Assembly (NCBI GenBank): GCA_963847445.1
Contig: CAWJZV010000023.1
Coordinates: 64,001 to 128,000 of the forward strand
Origin: an uncultured delta proteobacterium
GTDB taxonomy: Bacteria > Desulfobacterota > Binatia > UBA9968
Length of the DNA: 64,000 nt
Direction of reading: 5' to 3'
Part shown: positions 23,071 to 34,660 of the stretch, one piece after another
How the letters are laid out: each line of letters begins with the position of its first letter
Numbering within the stretch: the stretch's first letter is position 1
The notes under the pieces: model-generated
What the model was told of the DNA's origin: nothing
Database searches by the model: none
Seen by the model: only the letters and a program-made list of their open reading frames with translations
Made by a program: the position numbers and the translations under genes

Positions 23071-24587
23071 ATGAAACAAGAAATTATTATCAATTCCACG
23101 CCCCAGGAAAGCCGCATCGCGATCGTCGAAGACGGTCTGCTTGGCCGAGTTCTTGGTTGAACGAAAAGAAGAGATGGGCATCGCGGGCAATATCTACAAA
23201 GGCAAAGTCGCGCGGGTTTTACCCGGCATGCAAGCGGCCTTTGTCGAGATCGGCATGGACAAGGCGGGATTTCTCCACGCCTCGGACTTTTCCGCCCTCG
23301 ATGACGTCCATCTGATCAGCCCCGCCGGCGACGATGTCGAATTCGAAGAGGCGCCGGCGCCCAAGCCCAGTCCATCGCGCCACTCTGCCCTTGGAAAAGC
23401 AGCTTTCCCGCGGCGAAGAAGTGCTCGTGCAAGTCGCCAAGGATCCCCTCGGCACCAAAGGCGCGCGGGTGACGTCGCATATTTCCCTGCCGGGCCGTTA
23501 CATGGTTTTCATGCCGGGCAATAAGCATATCGGCATCTCGCGGCGCATCGAAAGCGATGAGGAACGCAAACGGCTCAAGGAGATCGCCCAGTCCTTGGGC
23601 ACCGAGGAAGGCGGCTTTATTCTGCGCACGGCCTGCGAGGGGCTGAGCAAGCGCGAGATTCAGCACGACCTGGGTTTCTTGCAGAAGCTCTGGAAAAGCA
23701 TTCAGAAGAAGGCCGAAAGCGCGCCGTCGCCGTCGCTGATCCATCAGGATCTCGATCTGATCGCGCGGGCGATTCGCGATTTTTTCACTGCCGACACCGA
23801 GCAGGTGTTGATCGATTCGCCCAAGGATCACCGGCGCATCGTCGATTTTGTCCGCCACTTCATGCCGCGCTTGAAGTCGAAGATCAATCTCTATTCCGAC
23901 AAGGAGCCGCTGTTCGAGCAGCTCGGCATCGAAGAAAAGATCACCAAGGCGCTCGACCCGCGCGCTTGGCTGCGCTCGGGCGGCTACATCATCATCGAGC
24001 GCACCGAAGCGCTGACCGCGGTGGACGTCAACACCGGCCGCTTCGTCGGCAAGCGCAGTCAAGAAGAGACGATTCTCAAGACCAATCTCGAGGCGGTGCA
24101 GGAAGTGGTGCGGCAGTTGCGGCTGAGAAATGCCGGCGGCCTGATCATCATCGACTTCATCGACATGGAGAAAGAGGCCAACCGCAAGAAGGTCTATGAA
24201 GCTCTCAAGGAAGCGCTGAAAAAAGACAAAGCGCGCACCAATATTTTGAAAATCTCCGAGCTCGGTCTGGTCGAGATGACCCGCCAGCGCACCCGCGAGA
24301 GTCTGGAAAACCAGTTGCTGCGTTCCTGCCCGCACTGCGACGGGCGCGGCCGGATCAAATCGCCGGTGACCGTGGCCTACGATGTCCTGCGCGCGATCAA
24401 GCGTCATCACGCGGGCATGGATAACGGCAGGAATATCGTCGTGCGTCTGCATCCTGATGTCGCCAACTTTCTCTACGACGAGAAGAACAACAGCCTGGAA
24501 AATCTAGAGCACGAGATCGATCACCGGATCATCATCAAGGCGAGCCAAGAGCTGCACCACGAGAAGTACGAGATTTCCGAATCGTAA
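23071..24587 (+). CDS. rng: Ribonuclease G (Rne/Rng family; frameshifts near 23140 and 23370)
   Basis: MKQEIIIN, GNIYKGKVARVLPGMQAAFV, DVNTG, IIDFIDM, CPHC. Confidence 0.92.
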
Positions 24588-24600
24588 GATTCCGATTCAG

Positions 24601-24676
24601 CACGAAGACACGAAGGACACGAAGGTTTCGGAGGTTCGAAATTCCGAACTTCGTGAGCTTCGTGTCTTCGTGGTGA
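24601..24676. repeat. 9-mer periodic hairpin, empty form, between convergent genes
   Basis: CACGAAGACACGAAGGACACGAAG...CTTCGTGAGCTTCGTGTCTTCGTGGTG. Confidence 0.85.
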
Positions 24677-24700
24677 AGGTTTCGATACACCGCTACTGGA

Positions 24701-25349
24701 TCAGTTTTTCGGCCAGGCGTGGATGTCGGTGTCTTTGCGCAGTTTCTTCTTGGTCGTAAACTTCGTAGTGGGTGAAGGCGCTAATCGGGCGCCGGGGTTT
24801 GGCTTTGGGCCAGCTGCTGGCGTGGCCGATGGGCATGACCCAGAGCAAGCGCAATTCGTTCGGCACCTTGAACAGTTTTCTCAATTCCGGCTCCACTTCT
24901 TCACGCACGGATACCCACACCGTGCCCAGGTTCATGCTGGCGGCGGCGAGCATCGCTTGCTGCACGGCGTTGGCGATGCTGGCTTGGAAGAGTTTTTCCC
25001 GGTCGCCGGGCTGGCGCGTGGTCAAATAGACTTGCTTGGTGCGCGCCTCGCCGCAGACCAGCACGAGCACGCTGACATCGCCGACATAATCTTTTTTCAA
25101 GCCCTTGTAGTTGACCGGGTCTTCTTTTTTACGGTCGCGCCATTCCTGGGAATAGATCTCGCGCACTTTCTTCATCTTTTTGCGGTCGCGGGTAACGACG
25201 AACTCCCAGGGCTGGGTGTTGGCGCCGGACGGCGCCCAGCGCGCCGCTTCCAAAATATTCTCCAGTTGTTTCGCGCTCACCTTGCCGGTTTTGTAGACGC
25301 GCACGCTGCGCCGGTGGCGGATGATTTCGAGCAAATTTTCAGTGTCCAT
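24701..25349 (-). CDS. Nitroreductase family protein
   Basis: RRSVRVY, AARWAPSGANTQPWEF; probable extra base near the 3' end. Confidence 0.9.
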
Positions 25350-25407
25350 GATTATCCTTTGACAGCGATCAAGTTCTATTCTTCCAGGTTTACTGTGGCC
25401 GAGTATT

Positions 25408-25795
25408 CACGACGAAGGGCCTAGCGCAGCACAGCCGCAAGCGAATGGGAAAGAGCTTTTCACCACGAAGTGTCGATGATCTCACGCTCGCCTACAGAGC
25501 ATGAAAATGGTTGGCATTCCCAGAACATGCTCCCCTCCTCGATTCGTCATTCCCGCGCACGCGGGAATCCAGGTTTGTTTTGCGCCGAATTAGCATGGAT
25601 ACCCGCTTTCGCGGGTATGACGGAGCCCCGCAGGCTCTTCGTTGTGCATATCATCCCCTCACAGGTATTTCCGAAGGAGGACACGAAGATCACGAAGGAA
25701 GAGACTTAACTTCCGAACCTTCGTGTCCTTCGTGCCTTCGTGGTGAGCTATCCTTTGCGAGTTTTGCGCCCTTTGCGGTGAACTCTCCGATTCCG
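25408..25795. repeat. Composite nested repeat containing a 209-bp insert (25471-25679)
   Basis: CTAGCGC head at 25421; CACCACGAAG^GACACGAAG host interrupted by an element with ATGAAAATG near its left end and a GTCATTCCCGCG..GGGAATCCA / TGGATACCCGC..GGGTATGAC cargo. Confidence 0.75.
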
Positions 25796-25800
25796 AATCG

Positions 25801-27537
25801 TCAATTGAGCGAGACCTGGCTGCGCCGGCCGAACCACCAGGCGATGAAGATGAAAGGCGCCAGCACGAGCGTCATGACTAACGTAACGGCGGAGGCTTTG
25901 TTGATATTGCCGCCGTACCAGTAGCTCCAGATCACCGCTGGCAGCGTGATGTTGTCGTGCACGGCGAGAAACACCGCGGCGGTCAGCTCGCGGTAGACCA
26001 GCAGCGCGGACCAGATCCAAACGGAAAAAAGCGTCGGGCGGATTAGCGGAAATAGGATGCGCCAAGCGGTCCTAAAGTTGGAAAGTCCGGCGACGAACGC
26101 GGCTTCTTCCAACTCGCGATGAATCTGGAGAAGCGCGCCGTTAAGCGCGCGGGTGGCAAACGCCAGACGCGCTACGACATAGACGATGGCGATCAGCCAA
26201 ACCGTGCCATAAAGCGGGATCGCCGTGCCGAGGACAAATAGCGAGAGCAGCAATGCGCCGATGGACAGTATCACCTCCGGCAATGCCTGGGGCAGGAATG
26301 CGCCGAACTCCAGGGCGTAGCGCATTTGGCTGCGCGAGCGCACGATCAGCCATGACAGGCTGAAGGCGAGAAGCAGGACGACCAGGGGCACGACAAACAC
26401 CAAGATGGCGGTGTTCGTCAGACCGCGCGCGACCAGCTGCCAATCCATACCGTAGAAATGAGTGAGCGAGAGCTGGCGCATCATGGCATAGGACGGCGTC
26501 ACGAAGTACGGCGTCAAAGCCGCGTAGGCGATCAACAGCAGCGGCACGATTTTCGAGATCAGGGCGTAGACGGTGATGAATCCCCATGCGGCTATGGACC
26601 ATTTGCCCAGAGGGATCAACGCCGGCCGATAACCTTTCCCGGTGACGACCTCGAAGCGGTGGCCCTGGCGCAATACTTGGCCGTACCAGAGGGTTAACAG
26701 ACCGGCGATCACGATCATAAAGGCGCCGACGACGCCGGTGATGCCATACTCCGGCAGCCCGGCGCCCTGTGGATGAACCTTGAGGTAGATAAACGTGCTG
26801 AGCATATAGACGCGATTGCCCAGACCTAGGATGGCCGGGATATCGAAGGTGGCGACGCCGATGGTCAAAATGTAAATCACCGCCGCGAGTATTCCTGGGC
26901 GCGCCAGCGGCAACGTCACACGCCAGAGAATCTTGCCGTAGCCCATGCCATGGACGCGCGCCGCCTCTTCGAGGCTCGGATTCATGGCGCGGAACATCTG
27001 CGCCGTCAGGATGAATGCCAGCGCCGACAGACTGAGCCCCTGGACGAAGCCCATGCCGATGGGCGTGGCGATATTGACGGGACCGTCATCGAGATTGAAC
27101 AGCTCGACCAGCCAGCGATTGACCAAACCGATGCGCGGGTGAGCGATCATCGTCCAACCCATCGCCGTGTAGATTCCAGGAATTAACAACCCCAACGTCA
27201 TGATCACGTAGATCAAAGTCTTTCCTGGGATCGTGGTTCGCTCCGCAAGCCATGCGACGGGTAGGCCGAAGAGCATCGCGAAAAGAGTCGTCGTGACGGT
27301 AAAAATCACCGTGTTGGTAACGACGCGGTAAAGTAGCGGGTCGGTAAAAACATCACGATAATTTCCCAACGTGTAGATCGCGCTGGGCGTGCCGAAGGCG
27401 CCCTTCTGCAAACTGATCCAGAACATGACGATGACCAGGACGAAAATCACCGCCATCGGAATCAGCGCGAGGGACAACAGCGGGGACGGCGCATTGCGGC
27501 GTATCAATCCCGAAAATCTAAGCACGGCTTCGGTCAC
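25801..27537 (-). CDS. ABC transporter permease, FbpB/iron(III)-thiamine type (fused dimer)
   Basis: Two EAA motifs (LEEAARVHG, LEEAAFVAG); about 12 TM segments. Confidence 0.9.
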   Translation of the reverse strand: MTEAVLRFSGLIRRNAPSPLLSLALIPMAVIFVLVIVMFWISLQKGAFGTPSAIYTLGNYRDVFTDPLLYRVVTNTVIFTVTTTLFAMLFGLPVAWLAERTTIPGKTLIYVIMTLGLLIPGIYTAMGWTMIAHPRIGLVNRWLVELFNLDDGPVNIATPIGMGFVQGLSLSALAFILTAQMFRAMNPSLEEAARVHGMGYGKILWRVTLPLARPGILAAVIYILTIGVATFDIPAILGLGNRVYMLSTFIYLKVHPQGAGLPEYGITGVVGAFMIVIAGLLTLWYGQVLRQGHRFEVVTGKGYRPALIPLGKWSIAAWGFITVYALISKIVPLLLIAYAALTPYFVTPSYAMMRQLSLTHFYGMDWQLVARGLTNTAILVFVVPLVVLLLAFSLSWLIVRSRSQMRYALEFGAFLPQALPEVILSIGALLLSLFVLGTAIPLYGTVWLIAIVYVVARLAFATRALNGALLQIHRELEEAAFVAGLSNFRTAWRILFPLIRPTLFSVWIWSALLVYRELTAAVFLAVHDNITLPAVIWSYWYGGNINKASAVTLVMTLVLAPFIFIAWWFGRRSQVSLN

Positions 27538-27602
27538 GAACTAGGCTCCTCGTCTGGGATCACAAAAAAGGATGGCTCTTTCAGGTTTACTGGGAAGAAG
27601 TA

Positions 27603-27689
27603 TTCACCGCAGAGGTACAGAGTTCGCAGAGTTCGGAATGATCTTAAATGAAAACTCTTTACTCTGGCCCTCAGCGCCTGCGCGGTGAT
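27603..27689. repeat. 9-mer periodic hairpin (CGCAGAG type)
   Basis: TCACCGCAGAGGTACAGAGTTCGCAGAG...CTCTGGCCCTCAGCGCCTGCGCGGTGA. Confidence 0.7.
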
Positions 27690-27727
27690 ATCTCCGGATC
27701 GGTCTCACATATTGCGACAATGTGTTT

Positions 27728-28811
27728 CTACTTGCCGCCTTCACGCAAGATGCCCTCCAGCTCTTTTTGCGTTTCGGCATAGTTCTTAGACGACGCCAGC
27801 CATTCCGGCGAGCTGGTGATGATCTTCCCTTTGGCCGCCCGCAAAATATCGAGCTCTCGCTTAGTCTGTGAGCCGGGAAACAGGTGCAGGTCCATGCCGT
27901 CATGCTTCCAGAGCATCTCTTGTCCTTCCGCTGACATGAGATAGTTGATCAAGAGCGCGCCAATGTTGGGCGCGCGGGAGTTTTTCGGTATGGCCGCGTA
28001 TCTCATGTGCAGGACCGTGCCTTCTTCGACCACCGTGTGACCCACCGGCGCGCCGGTGCGCTTGAGCACGTTGACGTCATTGCCGCCACAGGTGTAGACC
28101 AGCATCAAGAATTCGCCGCTGGTGATGCGCTCCGATTCGCCGCAACGCATCAGTCCGGCAATTTGCTTCGACAGTTTTTTGGTGTAGTCGATCATCTTCT
28201 CCCGGCCCAAAAAGTCAGGCGTGGCAAACTCTCTGAGGCCGGCGGCGTAGGGTGTTGAGGCGATCTTGCCCTTCCATTTGGGGTTGAGCACGTCGGCCAT
28301 GCGCCGCGGGATGTCGTTGCCCTTGACCAGATTGGAGTTGTATTGAATCCCCACTGCCGTGGTGCCGAAGGCGACATGGGTGCCCGTCGGCGCGATGGCG
28401 TTGAATTTCCCCTCGGGTTTGGGCTTGTTTTCGATGAACTTATTATAAGTCGGTTGGTAAAAAGATTAGCCTTGAGGCCGTCGAAGCATCGCTTGCGAAT
28501 TGCCCAGATAAACATCGGTGCTGGAGGGTTGGCCAGCCGAGGCTTCTTGGATCACGCGCAGCATGAGCGCGCTGCATGTCGGGACCCGGCGTGTACTGGC
28601 CTTTGAGATTGAGTTTGTATTTTTTGTTCATGCCCGCAAGGATTTCCTGAAATCCCTCGCTGCCGCCGATAGCTCTTCTGGCCCCATTGCCCGCGCAGGA
28701 CGCCTTCTTTGTTTGCGCCCTCGATCACTTCGTCAAGCGTCGTGGCATCGACAACGGGTATCAGAAGGATGATCGAGAGGAAAACAACGCGGCGATTTTT
28801 TGAGCGACCAT
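27728..28811 (-). CDS. ABC transporter extracellular solute-binding protein (AfuA-like; frameshifted)
   Basis: Signal peptide, VIEGANKEG, YNSNLV, DVLNPKWKGKI, APNIGALLINYLMSAEGQ. Confidence 0.82.
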
Positions 28812-28825
28812 GACGATTTCCTCCT

Positions 28826-29914
28826 CTAAGACAATTTTGAACTGGTTTCACGTGGCGCAAATACCATGATATCCGCTGGCGGGACCCACGCTCAACCGTT
28901 CCGTTCGGTTTTTGCGCGGACGCTGCGGTTCTTGCCGACGAGCGGCGGCCGTTAACGGTAGCGCTAAATATGAACTGGTCGCCGAGAAAAGTGCTCGAGA
29001 CGAGCTTGCCGTGAAAGCAATTGGACTCATTAGCGCCATTGGCGAAATGAAGACACTCCGGGCGAAAGCCGAGCAGCACTTTTTCGCCGACTTGGGACGG
29101 CCTCTCGATCAGCAGTTTGCCAATCGGCGATTCGGCTACGCCCGGTTCGACAACTCTCGCCGTCCAGCCAATTGACCGAGCCGAAAAACTCGGCGACATC
29201 GGCGTTGTTCGGTTTGTGATAGATCTCCATCGGCGCGCCGACCTGTAACAATTCTCCGGCTTGCATCATGGCGATTTTATCGGCGATCGCCATCGCTTCG
29301 ACTTGATCGTGGGTGACGTAGAGCATGGTGGCGCCGAGTTGCTTAGCCAACTCACGAATCCGGCCGCGCACATCTTCGCGCAGGCGGGCGTCGAGATTGC
29401 TGAGCGGTTCGTCCATTAAAAGCAATCGCGAGCTTACGGCAATGGCGCGCGCCAAGGCGACTCTTTGCTGCTGCCCGCCACTGAGCAAGGTCGCCGGACG
29501 GTCGGCTTGCTCTTCCAGTTGCACTAAATGCAGCGCTTCCTTGACGCGCGCGGCGACTTCTTTGCGCGGGATTTTTTGCGCACCTTCAGCTAGGGGCAGG
29601 GCGATATTTTGAGACACCGTCAGATGCGGCCAGACGGCGTAGGATTGAAACACCATGCCGAGCCTGCGCTGCTGCGGTGCGATCCAGGTGGGCGGCGTAT
29701 CCGACGAAACGATTTTACCGTCGATGCGGATCTCGCCGCCGTCGGGCACTTCGAGTCCGGCGATGCAGCGCAGCAGCGTGGTTTTCCCCGAGCCGCTGGC
29801 GCCGACGATGACGAATAGCTCGCCCTCGTTAACTTCAAGATCGAGGGACTTGATCGCCGCAACCACGCCGTCGCTGACGGTGAACCGTTTGTGCAGGCGG
29901 CGGATGGAGATCAT
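28826..29914 (-). CDS. ABC transporter ATP-binding protein (PotA/FbpC-like, TOBE tail; frameshifted)
   Basis: GASGSGKTT, LSGGQQQRVALARA, DEPLSNLDA. Confidence 0.9.
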
Positions 29915-29978
29915 TGGATTGTAATTTGGTGCCATGCGTGAACGAGTGTCAGACGGCGGTGCGAGAGTGGAAGCGATT

Positions 29979-30037
29979 GGTTTCGGGTCTCGAGTTCCGG
30001 GTTTCGCGTTAACCCGAAACTCAAAACCCGAGACCGG
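29979..30037. repeat. 7-mer periodic hairpin
   Basis: GGTTTCGGGTCTCGAGTTCCGGGTTTCG...CCCGAAACTCAAAACCCGAGACC. Confidence 0.65.
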
Positions 30038-30045
30038 CCATGTCT

Positions 30046-30553
30046 CTAGTGATACTCGGCGCCGGGCAGCGGATTGTTCACCGCTTCTTCCAAGGTGGTC
30101 GCCCGGCTCCATTCATTGGCCGGGCGGCTCTTGCCGTCGGTGCCGATCTGATCCATGGCGGCGTAGATTTCGATCTTGTAGCCATCGGGATCGTAGAACT
30201 CGAGGCCGGGATTGCCGCCGGGACCGCGCCGGCCCTCGTAGAAAATCGTCACGCCCTTGGCCTTCAGGAAATCGCGGATCTTGAACAGCTCCGAGACGGT
30301 GGCGACTTCCAGCGCCATGTGGTCGAAGCCGACTTCGCCGCGCTTGGGCAGCTGGTTCTTTTCCGTCGCTTGCATCAAGGCGATGGTGTGATGGTCGGTG
30401 GCGTTGCGGAAAAACACCATGCCGCATCTCGTTCTTATCGGAAAACTTGAAACCCATGATCTCGGTCCAGAATTTCGAGGTGCGCTCGAGGTCGCTGCAC
30501 GTGTAGACGATATGGCCGATCTTCTTGATGTTGATGGGAGACTTCTCTGACAT
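30046..30553 (-). CDS. VOC family protein, extradiol-dioxygenase-like (frameshift near 30428)
   Basis: KIGHIVY, DHHTIAL, FDHMALEV, GRRGPGGN..FYDPDGYKIEIY. Confidence 0.85.
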
Positions 30554-30662
30554 AACGGTGCTCCTTTCGTCTGCAAGGCGGCGAGTTGACGCCGGTTATT
30601 TAAGAGTAGGCGATTTCTACCACGGAAAATTCGCCAAGGCAAAGCTAAATCGGGTACGCTGG

Positions 30663-31071
30663 CTAGCGGCGCGACAACTTGGCGACGATCTTGCGGCTAT
30701 AATCGCGCACGCTGGCGAGATTCATCGAGCGGCGCTTGAGGATATCCAAGCGGATCATTTTCCACTGGAGACTCTTGGCCAGCGATTTCCGCTCGCCCTC
30801 GTCTTCGACATGCTTGAGCAGATCTTCGAGGATGCGGATGTCCTTCATCAGTTCGGCTTCGGGGGGCAGGACGTTGGCGTTCTTGAGGACATGGTAGGCC
30901 ATGCGTAAATCTTCCGGCACGTCGCTGTGGTCTGCCAATTCCAGCGGCTTGCCCTTGCCGGCGAGGTCGTCGAACTCGCCTTTGCGCTGGGCTTCGAGGA
31001 TGCGCTGTTCGGCCAACCGTTCGATGAAACCGACGGCGCCGGTGGGTTGGGATGGGCGTCTTAGTTGCCAT
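30663..31071 (-). CDS. DUF1992 (DnaJ-associated domain) protein
   Basis: AEQRILEAQRKGEFDDLAGKGKPL, LKNANVLPPE; frameshift near the 5' end. Confidence 0.85.
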
Positions 31072-31203
31072 GGCTAAAAACGTTCAACAGTTCAAACCGT
31101 TCAAGTCGCTTCCTCCGTCTCAACGCGTCTCGGGCGACGAGAGTGGCGTCGATATCGTCGTCGCAGCGATTGGCGGTTGAACGCTTGGAACCGACTTCAA
31201 CTG

Positions 31204-32437
31204 TTACCATTTCCGATTCATCTCCTCAGGCGGTCGGACATGGCGAAACATCGTGTAGAAGACCACATCGTTGACCAATTGTAGCCCGCCGCCGATGAAT
31301 AATGGAAGTGACAACGACACGCTTTGCATGAGATAGGTCGCGATCGTCGGGCTGAGGCCAAAGGGGACGGTGCGGGCCAGGCTGGTGACGCCGGCGGCGG
31401 AGCCGCGCTCGTTGGACTGGACCATGGCCATGGTGAAGGATGCCCGCAGGGGATTATCCATGTAGGCGAAGAACGAGCGAATCGCCAGCAGGGCGGCGGC
31501 GATGAAGAACGTTGGCGCCAATGGAATAGCGATGAAAATCATCGAAGCGAGCCCGTGGGAAAACGCCATGGTTTTCACCAGGCCGATCCGGCGCGCGATG
31601 ATCGGCGCGCTCAGGAACGACAGGGCGGCGAGGAAGTTGGAGATAAAAAACAGCATGCCGAGGGATTTAAGCTCGACGCCAAAGCGCAGGAAAAACCAGT
31701 AGGCGAGCAGCCCGCCGGCCAGGCCCGCACCGAAGTTGTCGACGAAGGCTAAGATCGACATCTTGGTGACGAACACGCCGCTGGCTTTGGAGATTTTCTT
31801 TTGCGCGCGCCGTGGCTGGTGCCGTTCGTCGATCGCACTGTAAACCAACAAAAGGCCGACGCTGAAAACAATCGTTAAAAGAAATAGCGGCTTGTACGAC
31901 GCCACCGAATCCCAGCCCCAGCGCTCCTGGAGCCACTGCGGCACGCCGGCGGCCAAGGCGCCGACCGAGCCCATCACCGAACCGAAGAAAGCGTTGAGCC
32001 CGAAAATCTGCGTGCGATTTTCCGGCAGACATTTTTCCGCCAGCAACGCTTCCTCCACCGGATTGAACGGTCCGCCGCCCGGAGCCGCCGCCGCCCGAGC
32101 CGCCGGCGCCGACATTGGCGATGATGACCGCGAGCAGAATGAAAAACAGGCTGTCAAAAAACACGAAGATCGTATTGGAGACGATGGTCAGCAGCGCCAA
32201 GAGCATGAGGATTTTGCGCCGGCCGTAGCGGTCCGACAGATAACCCCACAAGGCGGTCAGCACCGCGCCGCTCAGGTAGGCGACGGAGTAAACGATGCCG
32301 ATGGTTACCGGCGTGTAGCCGATCCGGTCGAGATAGATGGCGAAGATGACGTTCAGGTATGAGAACGCGAAGGCGCGGATGGCGCGCGAGGCCATCAGGA
32401 GCTTGGCGTCGCGGTGCAGGTTGCGGAGGATTCCCAT
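31204..32437 (-). CDS. MFS transporter (frameshift near 32090)
   Basis: GYLSDRYGRRK motif A; Gly-rich GAGGSGGGG loop; about 12 TM segments. Confidence 0.88.
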
Positions 32438-32440
32438 AGA

Positions 32441-33700
32441 TTACGCTTTGGCCGTTTGCGCCTGAGCTCCTTGTTCTTCCGGCGGTTTGACGTCGCGGAA
32501 CATGTAGTAGAAACACGCAGTCGTGGAAAAGTTGTAAAGCAGCCGCCGATCAGGATCGGCACATGAAGGGCGAAGGCCTGCATCATGTACGCGGATAGGG
32601 TCGGACTGATGGTCACCGGCACATGGCGCGACAGCGTCGTCAAGCCGGCCGCGGCGCCGCGGTCTTCCGGCCGCACCACGCCCATGATGAAGGAGCTGCG
32701 CAGCGGATTGTCCATGTAGGCCAGATAGGAACGGATGACCGTCAAGAGTGGCGGCGATGGCGAAGGTCGGCGCCAACGGCAGACAGAGCCAGATCAGCGA
32801 AGCCAAGCCATGGGAAAATGCCATGGTGCGGACGATGCCGATCTGGCGGGCGATGATCGGCGCGGTGAGAAACGACATGGCGGCGAGAAAGTAGGACAGA
32901 AAGAACATGAAACCCAAGGATTTTAGTTCGACGCCGTAGCGCAAGAAAAACCAATAGGCCAGCAGCGGGCTGATCAAACCGCCGCCGAGATTGTCGACCA
33001 TGCCGAGGAGCGACATTTTGAGCACGAACTTATTCGCCTTGGTGGCGAGGGTTTTCTTTTCGCGCTTGCGATAGACGTGATGTTCGTCAATTCGCGAATA
33101 GGCGAAGATGAGAACTATGCTGAATAAAATGGTCAGAGCGAAAAGCGGCTTGTAGGAATCTATCGCTGGCCAGCTCCATTGCTCTTGCAGATGCTGCGGC
33201 AGGCCGCTCAACAGGGCGCCGAGGGAGCCCGACATGGAGCCGACAAACGCGTTGGCGGCGAAAACTTTGTTGCGATTCTCCGCCGAACATTTTTCCGCGA
33301 GCAGGGCTTGCTCGACCGGGCTCATCGGCCCGCCGCCTTGGCCGCCGGCCCCCGAACCGCCGGCGCCGACGTTGGCGATGATGACGGCGGCGATAATAAA
33401 GAATAAATGGCTGGAAAACATATAGATGAGGTTCGAAACGATCGTCAGCGCGGCGAGCAGCATCAAGATGTTCTTGCGGCCGTAGCGATCCGACAGATAA
33501 CCCCACAGGGCGGTGAGCACCGCGCTGGCGGCGTAGGCGGTGGTGACGACGAAACCGACCGTCATGGTCGAGTAGCCGAGCTGACTCAGATAGATGGTGA
33601 AGATCACGCCCAAATAGGAGAACGCGAAGGCGCGCACGCCCCGCGAAATCATTAGAATAATCGCATCCCGCTGCGGGTCGCCGAAGAGATTTCGAATCAC
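32441..33700 (-). CDS. MFS transporter, paralog of the downstream gene (frameshifted)
   Basis: GYLSDRYGRK, GAGGSGAGG, AYMDNPLR shared with 31204-32437. Confidence 0.88.
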   Translation of the reverse strand: MIRNLFGDPQRDAIILMISRGVRAFAFSYLGVIFTIYLSQLGYSTMTVGFVVTTAYAASAVLTALWGYLSDRYGRKNILMLLAALTIVSNLIYMFSSHLFFIIAAVIIANVGAGGSGAGGQGGGPMSPVEQALLAEKCSAENRNKVFAANAFVGSMSGSLGALLSGLPQHLQEQWSWPAIDSYKPLFALTILFSIVLIFAYSRIDEHHVYRKREKKTLATKANKFVLKMSLLGMVDNLGGGLISPLLAYWFFLRYGVELKSLGFMFFLSYFLAAMSFLTAPIIARQIGIVRTMAFSHGLASLIWLCLPLAPTFAIAATLDGHPFLSGLHGQSAAQLLHHGRGAAGRPRRRGRLDDAVAPCAGDHQSDPIRVHDAGLRPSCADPDRRLLYNFSTTACFYYMFRDVKPPEEQGAQAQTAKA

Positions 33701-34660
33701 TTTGTCAGTGCCGCCTGATAAAATTTCCGTTCGTAGTCCAGTTCGGTGGCGATACCGAGGGCGTGGAGCGCGTCGTTGGCTTGGTCGAGGGACGAGCTCC
33801 GGCGCACGGCTTGAGCGGGTCGGGCGAGAGTATCATAGAGTGTGCCGGTGGCGATAAAAAAAGTCAGGGCGGTGAGCGGTGTCAACTTCACCTGCCGTTC
33901 GCCGCGGCGGATGTCATGGCGTCCCCAGGCGCCGCGAAAGCATTGCACGGGGATCGCGCTGGCTTCGGTCGGCACGGTCTTGATGACTGCTTCGAGCTCG
34001 GCGGCGATCTTCGGTGTCAGCGACCAGGCGCCGAGCAGAGCGCCGGCAGCGCCGAGCTTGCTCAAGGCCAGCTCGATTTCGTCAACCGTCAGTTCGCCGT
34101 CGCTGCCGTAGCCGAAGACGCCCCAGATGGTTCGATGACCGCGTTTTTCCAACTCAGCCAAGGCGGCGAGCATGATCGAATCAGCGAGCGGACTGCGCAG
34201 TCCCGGTTCCTCGCCTTGGGCCAAGGAATCGCCGCCGACGTCGAGGCCGACGAGCAGATCGGTGTCGAGGGCGTTCATGGCGACTTCCAATCCGTCGACT
34301 ACTCCATTGACGCCGCCGTTGATATCGACGAGCAAGACTTGGCGGTTGATGACATTGCGCCATCCTGGCTTCGGCGAAGGGCACGCCGGTGCTGGTTTGG
34401 CTATCCTCATTCGCCATCCAACTAAACTCGTGCAGCGCGCGGACATTTTTCGTTTCGCTTAGTTTGCGCGGGCCGGGGACGGGATCGTAAACGTTTCGTT
34501 CCCAGGACAAGCCGCCGAGGGTGAAGCGCAAACCGCAAAATTCAAGAAAGCGCGCGGTGGCCAGCGCGCCGGCGACATCGCCGCCGCCGCCGACACCGAT
34601 CACCAGAGCATGTTTCGAGTCGCGAATCAGATCTTCGAGCGAAGCAGCGGAGGAATTCAT
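33697..34660 (-). CDS. DUF1152 domain protein (frameshift near 34370)
   Basis: GVGGGGDV, LDVGGDSLAQGEEPGLRSPLADS, GYGSDGEL. Confidence 0.82.

Noticed and set aside
24601-25795. CRISPR array
   Set aside because: The repeats are inverted, short-period and lack regular unique spacers; no cas genes
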